Shown one piece after another: positions 1 through 15,071 of a stretch of DNA of 64,000 bases. Positions within the stretch are counted from its first letter, which is position 1. Each line of letters opens with the position of its first letter. A program made the position numbers and the translations under genes. The stretch is from Chrysomallon squamiferum (Eukaryota; Animalia; Mollusca). The stretch lies in NCBI GenBank assembly GCA_012295275.1, contig CM022672.1, forward strand, positions 12,524,001 through 12,588,000. Reading direction: 5' to 3'. Below the pieces are notes generated by a model, which saw nothing but the letters and a program-made list of their open reading frames with translations, did not search any database and was not told the DNA's origin.

Positions 1-358
1 TTTTCTATATGTTATGTGATTAGCTTATTTTTATAGCCAAACTAAAAAACATTAAAAATGAAATCTTTAGAACTGGATACATTGTAAATTTATAATGCTT
101 TACATATATGTATGGATTTTGATATGTATCCATATCTAATTTCATGAAATTTCTTTTGTGGTTTTTTTTAGTCAGTTGTAAATTTTGTATGGATATAGAT
201 AGAAACATACCTACTTATTTACAACTTGTCATACATAATACATATTGTTTCATTTTATTACTTTTGTAAATGTATGGATATAGATAGAAACATGTCTACA
301 TATTCAGATGCTGTATGTAGCACAACATTTCTTTTATATGTCTTTTTTTTTCTTCTAG

Positions 359-3300
359 TCAATTGTATTTTTACGACTACAAAAGGGAATTGAGACAGCT
401 TTTCCTGACATTATAACTGTCACAGTTGAACATGTGGTCAGCTTACTTCTTCCACACAATACAATCAAACATCTTCAGCTATTGAAGAATCTTCTTTTTC
501 TTGTCCAATGGGAGAAAAAAACAGAATCATTTAAGAATAAGACAACAAGGTTTGTTTCAAATTGGAATATGTTTGTGTCCAGGTCATATATATATATAAT
601 TTTTTTTTAACTAAATGAGCATGTTGTCAAATAGCATTTTTTATTTCATAATTTTTAATAACTGAAATTGGGGACTTAACTATAAAAGTGGAAGCTTCAA
701 CCAGACATTAATATTAAACATAAACTGAACAGGCCAATGAATTTTATATAGTATTTTATTTTCTTGTTGATTAAATTTAATTTTCAAAGAAATTGGATAA
801 AGTATCACAACTCTGCCTCCTCAAAAACTCAACACCCTCAGAAATACCCCTATCCAATTATTTTTCATGAATGTATGGTTGAAAATTTCCCTAATTAAAT
901 TTGATAAATTTTAATGGTAAAACTTGGAATACAAAATTCAGTAATTTTAACTTAAAGCTTCCAACTGGCATTATAATGTAAGTTAACATCCACATAAATA
1001 AAATAATTAATTAAATATATATATAATTTAATTCAAAGACTAAAGTTTACTGGGATGAATATTGTAATTTGTTCAAAAAACTTTACTGCTGGTTATATTT
1101 TTTCAGTTCACGACTTCGCCATTGTCTTCAGGAACACATCACATCACTTTCATCTCTTCTGCTGCATCCAGACCAAGACATATCTGTCTCGGTGCTGAGT
1201 ATACTTGGACACATCAACATCCCCACAAAACTTTCTGCAACAACTCTCTCACAACTGTGCAGTACCTTGTCCTTCACATGTTTCAGAATAATTCAAATAT
1301 CTGGTATGTTTGAAATCATATTCATCAAATACTGAGCAAAACAAAGTTAAGAAACATGAACTCTTTTCTGTGGTGAAATGACAGTATTCATCCAACAGAT
1401 ATGAATCACTGATATGAGAGAAACATTTTTCTGGAATCATTCACTAACTTGAGCACTAGTAATCTAAACAATGTAAAGAAGTAGTCCACATTCACTCAAG
1501 TTTTATTTTCTATATAAATCTGTAATATTAAATCAATTAGCTCAATCCGTATTGCATATTGTTATTATAATTATGCATAACTGCTTAAATTAATCCTGAT
1601 TTATTATCGATTACTATTAAAAGCATAAAGCATCACGTATAGAGTCATACTGAAAATATATTTTGTTTCATTTTTATGTTACCAATTTTATTTAATGTTT
1701 CTCTTACAAAGGAGTCACAAAAACATTTTACTGTCTGTCCAAGGGGAATATTGAGCTGACTGTTTTATTTAATTTTTTTTAACAGGTTTATAAGTTTTTA
1801 TGAAACATAGTGACATGTTTAATTGACTTCCGCTGTTAAATGGTATTTACAGTTTAAAAATAAAATTTTCTTTTACTTTTCAACAGACAGTTCTCTGATG
1901 TTGCGTAGAATACGACTGTGTAAGAACTGTTGCCGTCAAGTACAGCTACTACCAATGGCAAAGTCCATGTTGCTGCAGATTTTAATGGAGGGGTCTGTAG
2001 TCAGTGTAAGTTGTTAGTTCAGACTACATCATCTAATTTTGTCAAAAAAACACAAAAAACCCTCAAGAAACAAACAAACACTCACACCAACAAAACAAAC
2101 AAAAAAATTAAAAATAAAATCCTGTTAAATAATAATAAGAAGAAAAATAAAAATCCTAAAGTAACATCTTGGTTAAATGGATAATAAATAAATAAAGAAA
2201 AAAGACATAAATTGTAAATAAATAAGTTAATTACTTGAAAGATTATAATATTTGTAATTTAAAATAATTTTTAAATTTGTTTTGTTTTTTCGTATTTTGC
2301 TCATAATTGTTACTAGAAAGAATTTTTTATAAAGTAAATAAAAAATATGATTATTAAATCTTAAACCTGAAATTGTCACACATCACATTTATTAAATGAT
2401 TATAGTCAGTCAAATAAGCACATTCTTTTTATTTTCTATTATCTTTTTCATTAATCAGTATATGCATATATTAATATAATAGCATTATTAATACTATTTC
2501 AGTGAGATTATAGAATGACAAAATTTAATTACAAAAAGATTTCTTTGATAATCATATTTCATTAATAAAAATAACACATCATAATAATATCACATCAACA
2601 TGATTATGAAAGGTTCAATACTAATTAAAATTTATATTAAAAATTTCTTAATTCATATTCAATTGTTATTCCAGGAAAATGCACTGTTGTTTGGTGGGAA
2701 ACCCCAGCAAAATTTGGACAAAGATACAAACACTGATAGGGTTTCCTTGCTGGAAGAAAATCGAAAAAATGCTTTTTGCTTGACTTCGTCACGATTACAT
2801 TCAAGTGTTTTCCATGCAGGTGTTATTGGACAGGGCCTAAAGCCAAGACTGAATGCAGAAATCTTATCAAAGGTAATACAGAAGTGTGTCAGTTTCAGTT
2901 GTTAATTGATAAATCATTAGTTTTGGGGGGTGTATATTTTAATTTTTGAAAATGTAGTATGTTATTTATAGTTCTAAATACAATCTAAATAAAATGTCAT
3001 TATATTCTTATTTTTTAATTTTTTTTTTATATATTGCTGTTGTTATGGAAATGCCTTAATAATCTTTAATAATATTCCCTTAGATACTGAAACTGTGGTA
3101 AACAACAAAATGTTTGAAAAATATTTTCCTTCTGAACAGTCACGTAGTATGCTGATTTTCAATATACCTATTTCATTTATTCAGTATAGAACTTTATATT
3201 CAGTTTCAGTGTTTGTAGTTTTTACAAATGGAAAACTTTCTCATCGTCAGTCTAACTATACAGTATTTTTTGTTTCAGGATATAGTTAAGAGAAACATTC

Positions 3301-5803
3301 GTACTTTTCTTGATATTTTGTGGACTTGTGCACAGGAAAGAAAAACAGAATGCTCAGATGAAACAACGGACAGTGGTCAGCATCTTCTGCACAAGGAAAT
3401 GAATGGACCTGCAGCAAAAACGATGGCAACCACTCTGGTTAACTTTGCCACACCAGACGTTCTGTACAATGATATTATCTGGCCTGATGAAGAGTTTTTA
3501 CGAATTTCTTTGGAAAGGTTACACAGTCTTGTTACATTAAATATAAGTTTGGAATCAGTTGCAGTTGCTTATATTTTAAAACAATGGAACACAATAAAAA
3601 AAAAACAGTTTTTTGTGTATATGTGTGTGTATACAGATTTTTTTTTTTTTTTTAAAGGACGGTTTGTATGGGATATAATATAAACATCATTCTAATATTA
3701 AACATTCATTTTTCACTTGTGTGTTCCTTATAAAGAACACAAAATTATTCTCTTAAAATAATAAGGAATATATTTTAATATTCATATCTGGTTATGTATA
3801 TTTATGTCCTAATATTATTTCCTGGTAATTTCAGAGATCTGCTGGTTTGGAAGAAATTTGATTCCCATCCTGTTCTCTGGGATTTACTGTGTGCCTTCTG
3901 CTCAAGTATGTTGAATTGGAAACATTATATTTTTCAAAGACTATACACTTCCAGTTCAGATGAATTTGGTTGGAAAACATTAATGCACCAGTGAATATAT
4001 TAAAAACATTTCAACTAAAAATAAAAAATAAATAAAAAATAATAAACACACTTTCTAAATAAAGAAAATAACCATTGAATAAAAATGTTTCTGATGATGC
4101 ATAAAGCATATTGTTTCAGGTACTGTGGTAAACATTTCAAATGTTTTATTACTAGTGTGGTTCCAGGTGTTGTTTAAATCATCTTACACCTGTTCTCAAA
4201 AACATATTTCAGGTGCTGTGTTTACATTCTACATGTCTCCAGTTATAAGGTGTCTGCTGGGAGCAGTGATAAATCATTATGACAGTATTCATGACAAGGC
4301 TATGAGAAATTCTCCAAAACAGTATGAAGCAGCCTGTAAACTCATTTATTGTCTTGGATGTGTAAGTTTTTATTTTTACAGTGCCTGTTAAAAGTTCATA
4401 TTGCAAAATTCAAAGTTTTTTTTTTTTTTTTTTTTTTTTTGTTCCTTGGTGATACATACATTTGTTTTTAATTTAATTTGTATAATCCTTTTATCTTGTT
4501 TATTGGTCTGTTTCAGATAATCGTTAATAGACTCATAATAAAATAACTTGGGCATTTGTGATTAGTTTTCTTTTGTTGGTGAACTTACATATTGTATTTA
4601 ACAGGGAAGGCAATGGTCAATTTTAAAATTATGTTGACAATACAAAAATAGATTTCATTTTTGAAGGTGAAAGAAAAGTAAAGTGTTTATGTCTACATAA
4701 AACGAATGAACACTTTATTATTGAAAACTTTAATAGAATATTGGAGCCTTGTATTGACATTATGTGGTTGTATCTAATAACAGTAACTTCATGTTCTGGG
4801 TCAGCATATTTGATTATTTTTAATTTCAGAGTGGTATTCTGCCAAAACCTTTGTCAAATATCAGTGAGATTTTCTACTATGCAACACCTTATGAGGGCCA
4901 CTTGTTGCTGATTGGTGTTTGGAGATACATCAAAGTAATTAATATTTTCTGTTCATTTTTGACAACTTTTAAAAATGAAATCAAAATAATAATAATAAAA
5001 AAAATATATAAATCATAAATGAACTGCATTTAATGCTTCTAATGTTCACATGTGCAATAAAACAGCAGCATGACAGATTATATATAGAGTATATAAATTT
5101 CCACCAACTAGGTTTGAAAACTTTACTCTCTTCTCTTTATTTGTGCATTATTAATGTTTTATGGTTCTATTTACAGGAAAATCCATTTACTTGGAATAAA
5201 CAGGAGATTGAAAAAAGAAGTAAGTTGCAATTTCTAACTACCCACACGTGGTTTATCAAAGATTGTAATATGTTCTTTTCCTCTCTACAAAAAAAGTCAA
5301 AAACATTTTTCAATTTATATCTTCATTATATATGACTGATAGATAGTAATTGGTGCTATAAAAATATGTTTACAAGTTGATAAATGTTAATAGTTCTCAG
5401 TAATCTTAAAAAGTTAATGACATCAATTTTCTCCAGGATCTAGAATCAAATTTACAGAACAGTAGGTTCAAAACATGGTATATGGTAACTTACTTATCAG
5501 TCCATGTACATATTTAAATAAAATAACATGTGTATAGAAAACTTCATCATGAAAAATTAAAAAAGAATTTTTATTGTTGTTTTTTTTTGTTGTTTTTTTC
5601 ATTGTTATTTATTTCTTTTTCTTTTTTGAGACTAAAAATACATAATTGTTTTTATTTTATTATTATTATTGTTATTATTATTTTTATTTTTGTTTTCAGA
5701 ATGTGATGACAAGTTCACTGCTGTTATCAGTTCAGTGATTCACTCCAATGTTGATACAATGGGTCATCTCTATTCTCGATTTTTTGATACTGTCCAACCA
5801 TGA
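359..5803 (+). CDS. INTS5: Integrator complex subunit 5, C-terminal part (5' exons upstream of window); 10 coding exons
   Basis: Phase-compatible GT-AG exons 359-549, 1107-1303, 1887-2005, 2675-2872, 3279-3517, 3835-3905, 4213-4361, 4830-4934, 5177-5219, 5700-5803(TGA). Spliced peptide PDVLYNDIIWPDEEFLRISLERDLLVWKKFDSHPVLWDLL...GILPKPLSNISEIFYYATPYEGHLLLIGVWRYIKEN...VIHSNVDTMGHLYSRFF follows the recalled INTS5 C-terminus (WPPEE..ERDL..F..P.L; LP..L.N..E.F....P.E..LLL..VW; LHRNID.LG...RF). Confidence 0.9.
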
Positions 5804-8800
5804 TCATATCAGAAGACATTTTATAACGTGTGTGTGTGTGCGTGCGTGTATGTGTGTGATATGTAATATACTTGTGAAAAGCTCAGAGATTCTTTTTTTT
5901 ATCATTCTGCAGTTCTAGACTGTCCAAACAGACATGAAAAACCTAATGACAAGACAGTACCTGAAGAATATTTTAGTTCTCTATATTTGCTGAGAATACA
6001 AGTTAAGTGCTCAGCAGTTCCTCTTTACAGTTCTGCTTTTCTGTTTCTTAGCAAAATGAAACATTTTGAAATAATGAATATAAAATTTCATACTTGTTGG
6101 CGCCCAAGAGAAATAAATAACTTGGAAACATATTGTGTTTTTCAATTTATTTGGAATGGAAGATTACCTTTCGTTATATATTTTCAGGAAAATGTGATGG
6201 TCTTACAGTTACTTTTTTTAAAGAATTATTTGAACATTAATATTTGCTTTCGCCTTTGGTGAAAAGATGAAATAGTATATGTTTTATTTATTTATAATTA
6301 TTAGTATTGCCTTTCAGTTTTAATAATGAAGTGAAAAATGGTATCACACAGTTTATAGATAAAAAGAGCCTACCATTTATTTATCTGTAGTAACGTCATC
6401 GAGCACAATGTGGAATTATCTGTTCTAAAATTTCTTCAAGTGTTTTCAGAAAAAATACATGTATACGATGATATCACGACCTAATTTATGAATGGATAAA
6501 ATGGTGGCGTTCAATTTTTTTTTTTTTTTTTTTTTTTCATACTTCATATTAGTGAAAATAGGTCATCCAAACAGTAAAATAGTAACTAGGTGAGTATAAA
6601 GAATTTTTTTTTTTTTTTTTTATCCGATTATTCATACTGCTAAATAAGGTACACTAAAAAAGGTACACTTTAATCAATAAAGAATCGTATTTTGAATAAC
6701 AAGTTCAAACTTAATAAATAAAACAAAACAAAATTGATATTGCAGTCAACAATTGTTTAAAACAGTACAAAATGAAATCTTTAATACTGTTACACTGGTG
6801 GTCAGTGTTGCATATAGTGATTAATAACAATAATTTATAAATTCTACAAGTATTCATATGAATCTGTACGTGTTACGTGTATGTGTGAATGCATAGATAT
6901 ATAAGTATACACATTATATCTTTTTGATCAGTACTAATAGTGAAAGTTTAATTCAAATGCACACATTAATATTAAGTTACTGTTGACTCTCGATTTCAGG
7001 AAATCCCGAACAGACCTGGAAAAAATCGAAACATTTGAATTAACGCCATTTCCGACATGAAAACGAACCTCAAGGTACTATTCTGAATCCCCCTGGTCAC
7101 GACAGCCTGGCTCAACCATTTTCTATCGAGTAAATTACACAGTTGCACCCATAACCATCCTAACCTAAATTTACTGATTTGGCTAATAATTACTTATATT
7201 TTTTTAATAACATGTGAAACCTGTGATATAATAAAACACATGAATCCCCAGAACAATGGTTGCTAGTCTTAATTTAATCACCTTAACGCATTTGGGCGTT
7301 TTCAAAAATGCTGATTAAATATTTTGTTCAAAGAATTTGTTAACCATTCTTTTTCAACTTTGTTTTGAAGCGTCAACACTTTACGATCATTACAGTTGTA
7401 ATTCTGATGGATTTAAACATATTTAAACATGTATTTTTATATGTGCATGTATATGTGTGTGTATACATATATAATATTTATTTTCAGAATTTGGGTGAAT
7501 GTAAGACTAAGATGATAACATATACATCTCACTCCTACCATCTTTGTCTTGCATTAATTCACAAAAATTCTGAAAAGAAATTACATCTTTGATGATGCTT
7601 ACAAACGTACAAATCAAGCAAAAATATCTTGAAAATAAACTGATCCTAATCTAATCTTTCCTTTTAAATATTTTATAAAGACTGATATTAATATAATAAT
7701 AATAATAATATCAGAAGTAACAGTATAAATAATATTTTTGTGAATACGTAACAAGCATTTGTAAATAAATAACATGAATAATAAATGATTATATTAAAGT
7801 ATATACAAAATATGAACATCTACTCTGAATAAAATTTATGTAGAATCTGAGCAATCTTAGAGCAGGATGGCTGATATGATACAGAAATAATCTCACAATT
7901 ATCTGAAGCTGAAAAAAGACGAAACTTTATTGAAGGAAAAGAGAATTGATATTTATTTCTGTGCTATTTCATTCCATCGTGTAATTCAAAACGGGGGAAA
8001 AATAAAGAATAAATAAACACCGACATTGTATTTAAAATAACGAGAGCATCGCGATTTCTGACTGCATCAGACGAGATGGAACATACAATTTAATGAATAA
8101 AATAATTTATAACGATACCTTAACACGTATCACTACTGAAGCATAACGTTTGAAAAATGAAATCTGCTGCCAAGATTCTATGTCTTCTTTTTCCGATTAG
8201 GAGAAAGGGCTGTTATAAGAACCTTTCTATAGACACGTCAACTGATACATCTCCTTTGACATACCAGCCGTGTATCACTAGCTAGGTACAGAAATACACC
8301 AAAGGGAGAAATGGATTTGACTGATGCTGCTCGTCTTAGGTCAGCGCTTTATTTTTTAAACTTTAAACCCTTTCAGTAGCAGGACGTTAAGGTCTGCCAG
8401 AAAAACAGAAAGGAGAAATATAATGAACAACAAAGGAAAAATAAATTACAGAACTGCTGTATTAATTCCAGATTAAGTATATTCAAAAAAAAAAAAAAAA
8501 AAAAAAAATAATAATAATAAAAAAAAAAAAAAATCAGGATAAAATTAAAATAAAAATAGTAAGGAAAAAAAAAAAAAAAAGAAAAAAAAGAAGTAAAAGA
8601 AGAGTCAGATGATTCATGAATTGCAGCTTAATAACAGAGAAAAAAAGAAAAAAAAAAAAAGACATAAGCATTCAGAAAAAACACCACACAATAATAATCT
8701 CAGATTGTTTTATGCATTACATATCCGTTATATTCAATTTAATTAACTTAAACTAAGTTAAAATATGACATGATTCAAGTTCATCTTTTCTTTCATTCAG

Positions 8801-10275
8801 AATTTTGTAACGGAGAAAGGGAGTAAATTAATTTTTCAGCTTCTAAGTGTGTGAGATAATCCCTTAATTGCAGCTTAATAACAGACAATAACATATCATT
8901 TTTAATTATATAGCTGGGCCATTATATAATGGACAGCCTTCTGAAGTATATGGAATATATATGTATATAAAACACAGAATCGGCGATTATTATTTACCTT
9001 TCCGTTTGCAATGAAAGCAAAATTTATAATTAAATTTAAGATTACATTCTGGTGTAGGATAGATCCGTTTCTGGTCTCCGATATAACATTCTTAAGAAAC
9101 TACTCATAATTAAAACAATTTCCTCTCAATGAAAAAACACAGTAATTGCAAACAGAAATAATCTGATAGTCCAGTAGTTGTCTAATATTAAGATAGTGGT
9201 TTTCAACTTATTTTCACATGAAAAATCAATACACTGAAGCTGTAATACCAATAGTAAATTGTCTAATTTACATATTGTACATTAATATGCGTAGATCATT
9301 CTTTTGCAGTTTAATGTGGTATATCAGTGATAAAGTTAGCTAGACAACAAAGGCGCCATAAAAGTTTTATTTGGCAAATGTTTCCAGAATAACAGAATGT
9401 TATAAAAGAAAGGGAATTTCACGGTGCTTTTTCAGCTATCAGATCCTAAATTTTAGATTGCATAAAATGTTAAAATGCTTATCTGGACGCAATCTCAATA
9501 AAATTCACAGAGATCGTATAAGTCAGAAAATTATTATACATGAGCTTGCATTATCTATTGCAAATATTAGCGAACATTTTATATTACAGAACGCAAATTA
9601 TATGCGGGCATGATTTGCTATTAAATTCATTTTAATAAATTTATTTTAATAACAGTGTCCATGTAGTTATATTAATATCCATATCTCATTCATCAATATA
9701 CATGGCCGTAACTAGACACGTTTTGAAATGAGGCAAAAACTGCTGTCTTTGAAGTCAGTTATGACTTTCATCGCAACACTGTCGGTAGACTTCAAACTGT
9801 AACCGTAGACCTAAACGAATTAATTCAGTGGATATTGTTTCTATCGGAATAGAGATTTATATTTTATATATTTTAAATAAAATCTTTGAATTAAAAGAAA
9901 AGTAATAAATAAATAATAAATAATAAATAAATAAAAATTAAGTCGTCAAATTCGGTGAGAGGTATTTGCCTCATTTGCTTCAATGTAGTTACAACCATGA
10001 TCTATTATATAATATATAGCTATATTTAGTTTTTTATCATGTCTAAACAGCACTGTATGAAATAATGTTTTTTGAGAACTAGTCCAATATGTTTGAATTA
10101 GATATACAAAAATAAAATTTTATTTATCATCTTTTCAGTAAAGGATCCATAATAATTAACAGAAAATTAGGGGCATTTGGTTTTCAAACTGCTTAAAAAA
10201 TGCCTCCAGTGTATTATTTCGAATAGTTTGGTGTTTTGACAATCATTTTATATAATTATTATAATTATGTTCTAG

Positions 10276-12094
10276 CTATTCACGGCCATTGCTTGATTTT
10301 AGCAAATTCTTTAATGACCGTGGCCTGTAGGTCTGAGTGCGTTTTATAGCGATGAACTGATTGATGTCGTAAGGGCTAACGAACGTGGGTAGTTTTTTAA
10401 ACATGGCCTGGCTGAAAAGGCTCTGAACGGTCTCTTCTTCGAGAGAGGTAACTGTTGTCCGAGGAAACAAATGTACCGTGCGTCTTGGCATTTTTTGTTT
10501 GGACCTCACCGCTACTGGTCGTAGTTTAAGTTCCCCCTCTCTCTGTCGCTGACAGAGATTCGCCTCACAATATTCAATGAAGGATTCAAACATTTCCAAA
10601 CGATCAGCAGAATAAAACTTTCTCCTGGCGATCTCGAAACACGCGTCTAGAAATCCATGGAAACCCAAACCTGCATAAACAGAAGATATATAGATTAAGT
10701 ATATGGAGTAGAAATAATACCCCATAAACAATAAAAATAAATTAATACGTTAGTCAGTTCATCAAAGATCACGAACAAAATTTTCATCTTCAAATCTGAA
10801 TCCACCGAGAAGTATAACTTTTATGTAAAATAAATATTAATTATTATATCCATTTATATATCAATTCATTTAAAATTTAATTATTTTTTTCAAAAATTAT
10901 CAACATAACTATTTAAAAAACAAATAATTAGACCTGGAGTCCTATCCGGATTCATATGATCCCATTTCCTCTGCATGTCGATGTAGAGAATATCAATAGC
11001 TGCATTAGTCATACCTTTTCTGTTCAGCCGACATTTTCTACAAATAAAACTAGACACTGTAAATATAAACATAATTCTTGTTTCATATTAAGACAAACAT
11101 TTAGTAGGCTTATATTTGGCTGCCATATTTCATTTAGTTTAAGAATGCTCTGTTGAGGAAGTATTAGTTTCTGTAATAAATATAATGAACTTTTATGATT
11201 CGACATTTAACTGAAATATGGTAATCTTATAGAAAACGTGAATGCTATGAGAAGATTTCAAAAGTAAACCAGTTTCTACCAGTTTCAAAAGTACATCAGT
11301 AACACAAAATTTGACGAAATTCAAACAACTCATCGTATCTATAATGTTTTTAGTCATTTAGGGCGTTGTCTGTGTGTGTGTGTTTAAGGAAATATCTGTA
11401 AAGAATATCTCGAAGATTGTTAGATCATGATGGCGATAAAGGCAATAATGATGATGTGGTTAATATTAATGATATCAATGAAAATAATGATGATCATTAG
11501 TAATACCTAGAGAACATTCTGAATCCCGTAGGTCCTATACGCTGAGCTCCTCTGACTCCCAGAGAAGAGAGAAACATGGACGCCAGTTTCTCTATGAGAC
11601 GAAATCTCTTGTATTCTTCTCCATAGATATCTGGAAAAATTTTCTTCAGACACGACTCTTCTTCATCCTCATCACCAGTTCCCTGCTCTGTCTCCTCGTG
11701 AGTGCTGTCGCTTTCTGTGCTGTCATCGTTTCTCTCGTTGTCGGTCTCGGTTGTCATGTTGTTATCTTCCCTAGATCTCGGAGTGTCTTCGCAGGAGTCA
11801 CTTTTGATGATTACGGCATTGGCTGTCTGGTCAGGTTTATCATACTCTGAAAAGTCAATGCGGGTGATCTTGGCACTCGAGTTGGTCCCGGGGTCCACTG
11901 CTAAGTCGTCCATCTTGACGATGATGGTCGTCTCGTTACAGTTCTGTTCTGAATCTTTATTTAATCTCGATCTCCATTTTCTGCGTCTACAGTTAAAATA
12001 ACCATTTTTATCACCACTGTGGTTTGTAAAAATATCTTGACTAATATTGTTACCATTAATGTTATTGTTTGTGTTGTTGTTGTTGTTTTTGTTG

Positions 12095-12151
<57 letters not shown>

Positions 12152-14717
12152 GAGGATATTAAACATAAAAATCAAACAAACAAAAATAAAATAAAAAAAT
12201 TACAAATTTATAAACATGTGTTTTAAAAAAAAAAAAATAACACATTCATCATTTTTACAAAAAGGATAGAAAGAAGAAAAACTAACCTTCACCATCCAAA
12301 ACAACAAAATAATTCAGTACATATGTAATAAATATAATTAGTCATATGGTAGAATATGTAACTTAGATTGCTATTATAAAATGTAGCTAAAAATGGACAT
12401 AATCGTAATTGTGGTGAAACAAATATAACTCACATAAAACAGTAATAACAGAAGATAAAAAGAGGTACTTGGTAACTCACTTTCGTTTCGTGTGTTTGTG
12501 TTGTGGTGCTATGAGCAGCAGGGTGTCTCTGACAAGTGGATACTTGACCTCCTCGTCTTTCGAACTGGGTACAGTTTGTACCACACCCGGACTCACCTCC
12601 TGTTCACCCACTATGCTCATACTCGGGTTGGCGTTCACCTCCAGTAGATAAGGCTTGAGATTCTTCAGCAAAATGATGTCAAAACCAAATATCTGGAAGA
12701 AAAAAGAAAGCAGTGTTTATAATCTTGTATCATATTAAATGTTTAATTTGCAGCAGTAGCTGTTTGTTTATTTATGTTTTCTAAATGCTAAAGTTTGCTC
12801 AGCATACGTGTTTGTGTGTGTGTGTGTGTGTTTGTGTACATAGATATACACATAAAAAAGTACATACATACATACATTCACATGCATACACACATACACA
12901 TACTCAAACACAGACATACATAATAAAATTACAAAAGTGCCTTTAAAAAAAAGAAGGTATTGCGGGCTATTATCAGTTCTCTGGCTTGCATTAGGTCATA
13001 ACTAACTTTGTTCTTTTGTATCACTGCTTTCACGAATAGTAACAAAGTTCATATTAGCAACACTCATAAGTTTATAACATTCACATGCATACACACACAT
13101 ACATCAAACACAGACATACATAATAAAATTACAAAAGTGCTTTTAAAAAAAAGAAGGTATTGCGGGCTATTATCAGTTCTCTGGCTTGCATTAGGTCATA
13201 ACTAACTTTGTTCTTTTGTATCACTGCTTTCACGAATAGTAACAAAGTTCATATTAGCAACACTCATAAGTTTATAACATTCACATGCATACACACATAC
13301 ACATACTCAAACACAGACATACATAATAAAATTACAAAAGTGCTTTAAAAAAAAAAAAAAAAAAGGTATTGCGGGCTATTATCAGTTCTCTGGCTCGCAT
13401 TAGGTCATAACTAACTTTGTTCTCTTGAATCACTGCTTTCACGAATAGTAACTAAGTTCATATTAGCAACACTCATAAGTTTATAACATATCAACTGTTA
13501 AATCAACCAAATATACAAATATTCGCACACATATAATTTTATACCCACACACAGAAGCAGATGTTTAGCATTATGTCAGTCATTACGTAATGGGAGGCTA
13601 TCTGAACGAAATCGAGGTAAATTAATCAAAGTGTTTACTTTTGTATCCGTTGCAATATATCGCCTTTCATGTTTGCTCCATTGGCAACGTCTGCATGCGT
13701 GACTTTTCTTCATTTACTGCACAATACATAAATAATAAACTGAAGATACGTTCGTTAGTTACCGACATCTGTAATGTGTAAGTGTTTGAGTCGTGCCTGA
13801 CAACACCGTTAAGGTCTTTGGCTGCACCTCCCATTTACTAAGCAAGTCGTTAAAAAAGATCATTAAACTTTTATAACTGTAATTGAATAATATATTGTAT
13901 ATTCAATTACTTTATATATACTTTTTTTTTTAATTATTACTGGGCGTGGTGTACTTGGCAGGTTTACGAGGGAAACAAAAAAAGTAAAACACTCAACGCA
14001 CTCAGTGTCTTGTCGGTTTACGGTTACATGCATCATACATATAAATAAGGATTATGTAAATAAAAAGAGAAGAAACCAGCTGCTGCTACACGTCAATGTA
14101 ATACTATTTTTAATTTAAAAGCAACGGATACTTTATACAGGAAGACACAAACCACAGCCTTTGGTGAACCAATCATGGAGTCTTGACTGAAACGAGATAC
14201 AGATCGCCAAGAAAAAATACTCTTGTAACCATCATACATTCGACAAATCGAAAGAGCTAATTTTTCAGTATCACTTGCAAAATCATTTCCTTTCACGAAA
14301 TAAAGCTTTGTTATGTTGATTTAACTGGTGAATATTCAATGATAAAGATAGGTTTAATCAAATCGGTCGAGACATTCAGTTATAAATATAATTTCTTATT
14401 TTATTTGAATGAACTATTCACGTGTAAAAGTATATTTGAACATTTATTTTGGTGGATATAAACTGATGATGAAAATGTTTTATTATAATGAAAATATTCT
14501 TGGCAAATAATATGGGGTGGACACCTGATGAGAGAGCTGGCACGATGTTATAACGGCGAAGGTTACACAACTGTATATAGCGCAGGGCTGCGTTCTGGGT
14601 TAATGCAGACTTAATGATAAAATCGGTAAACACCTTGGTCCCTAGCACAGAATTAATGTTAATTCTATTGTTATGACTGAATGAAATTATTTATTAGTAT
14701 TTTGTTATTCACTTTTC

Positions 14718-14774
<57 letters not shown>

Positions 14775-15024
14775 TACTTGCGATGTACGTCGTCTAACGT
14801 ATACAGATACATACAAACAAACATACATATATACACATATAAATACATAATACATATACATACACACACATATATATATACATAAAGCATACATAATACA
14901 TACAAACTATCAGAAAATGTTTTTCTCACTGATATCGAGAGAATGAAATTAATATTATTATTTCCAAACTAAAAATAATAATAATAGTTTATAATGATTA
15001 TATAATTTTGCTTGTATCATTACC

Positions 15025-15071
<47 letters not shown>

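Noticed and set aside
186-293. 23-bp exact direct repeat tgtatggatatagatagaaacat (186-208, 271-293)
   Set aside because: Only two full copies in an AT-rich intron; local duplication, not a CRISPR-like array.
6978-7145. Possible pogo-like TIR end (tactgttgactctcgattt)
   Set aside because: No convincing matching opposite TIR found.
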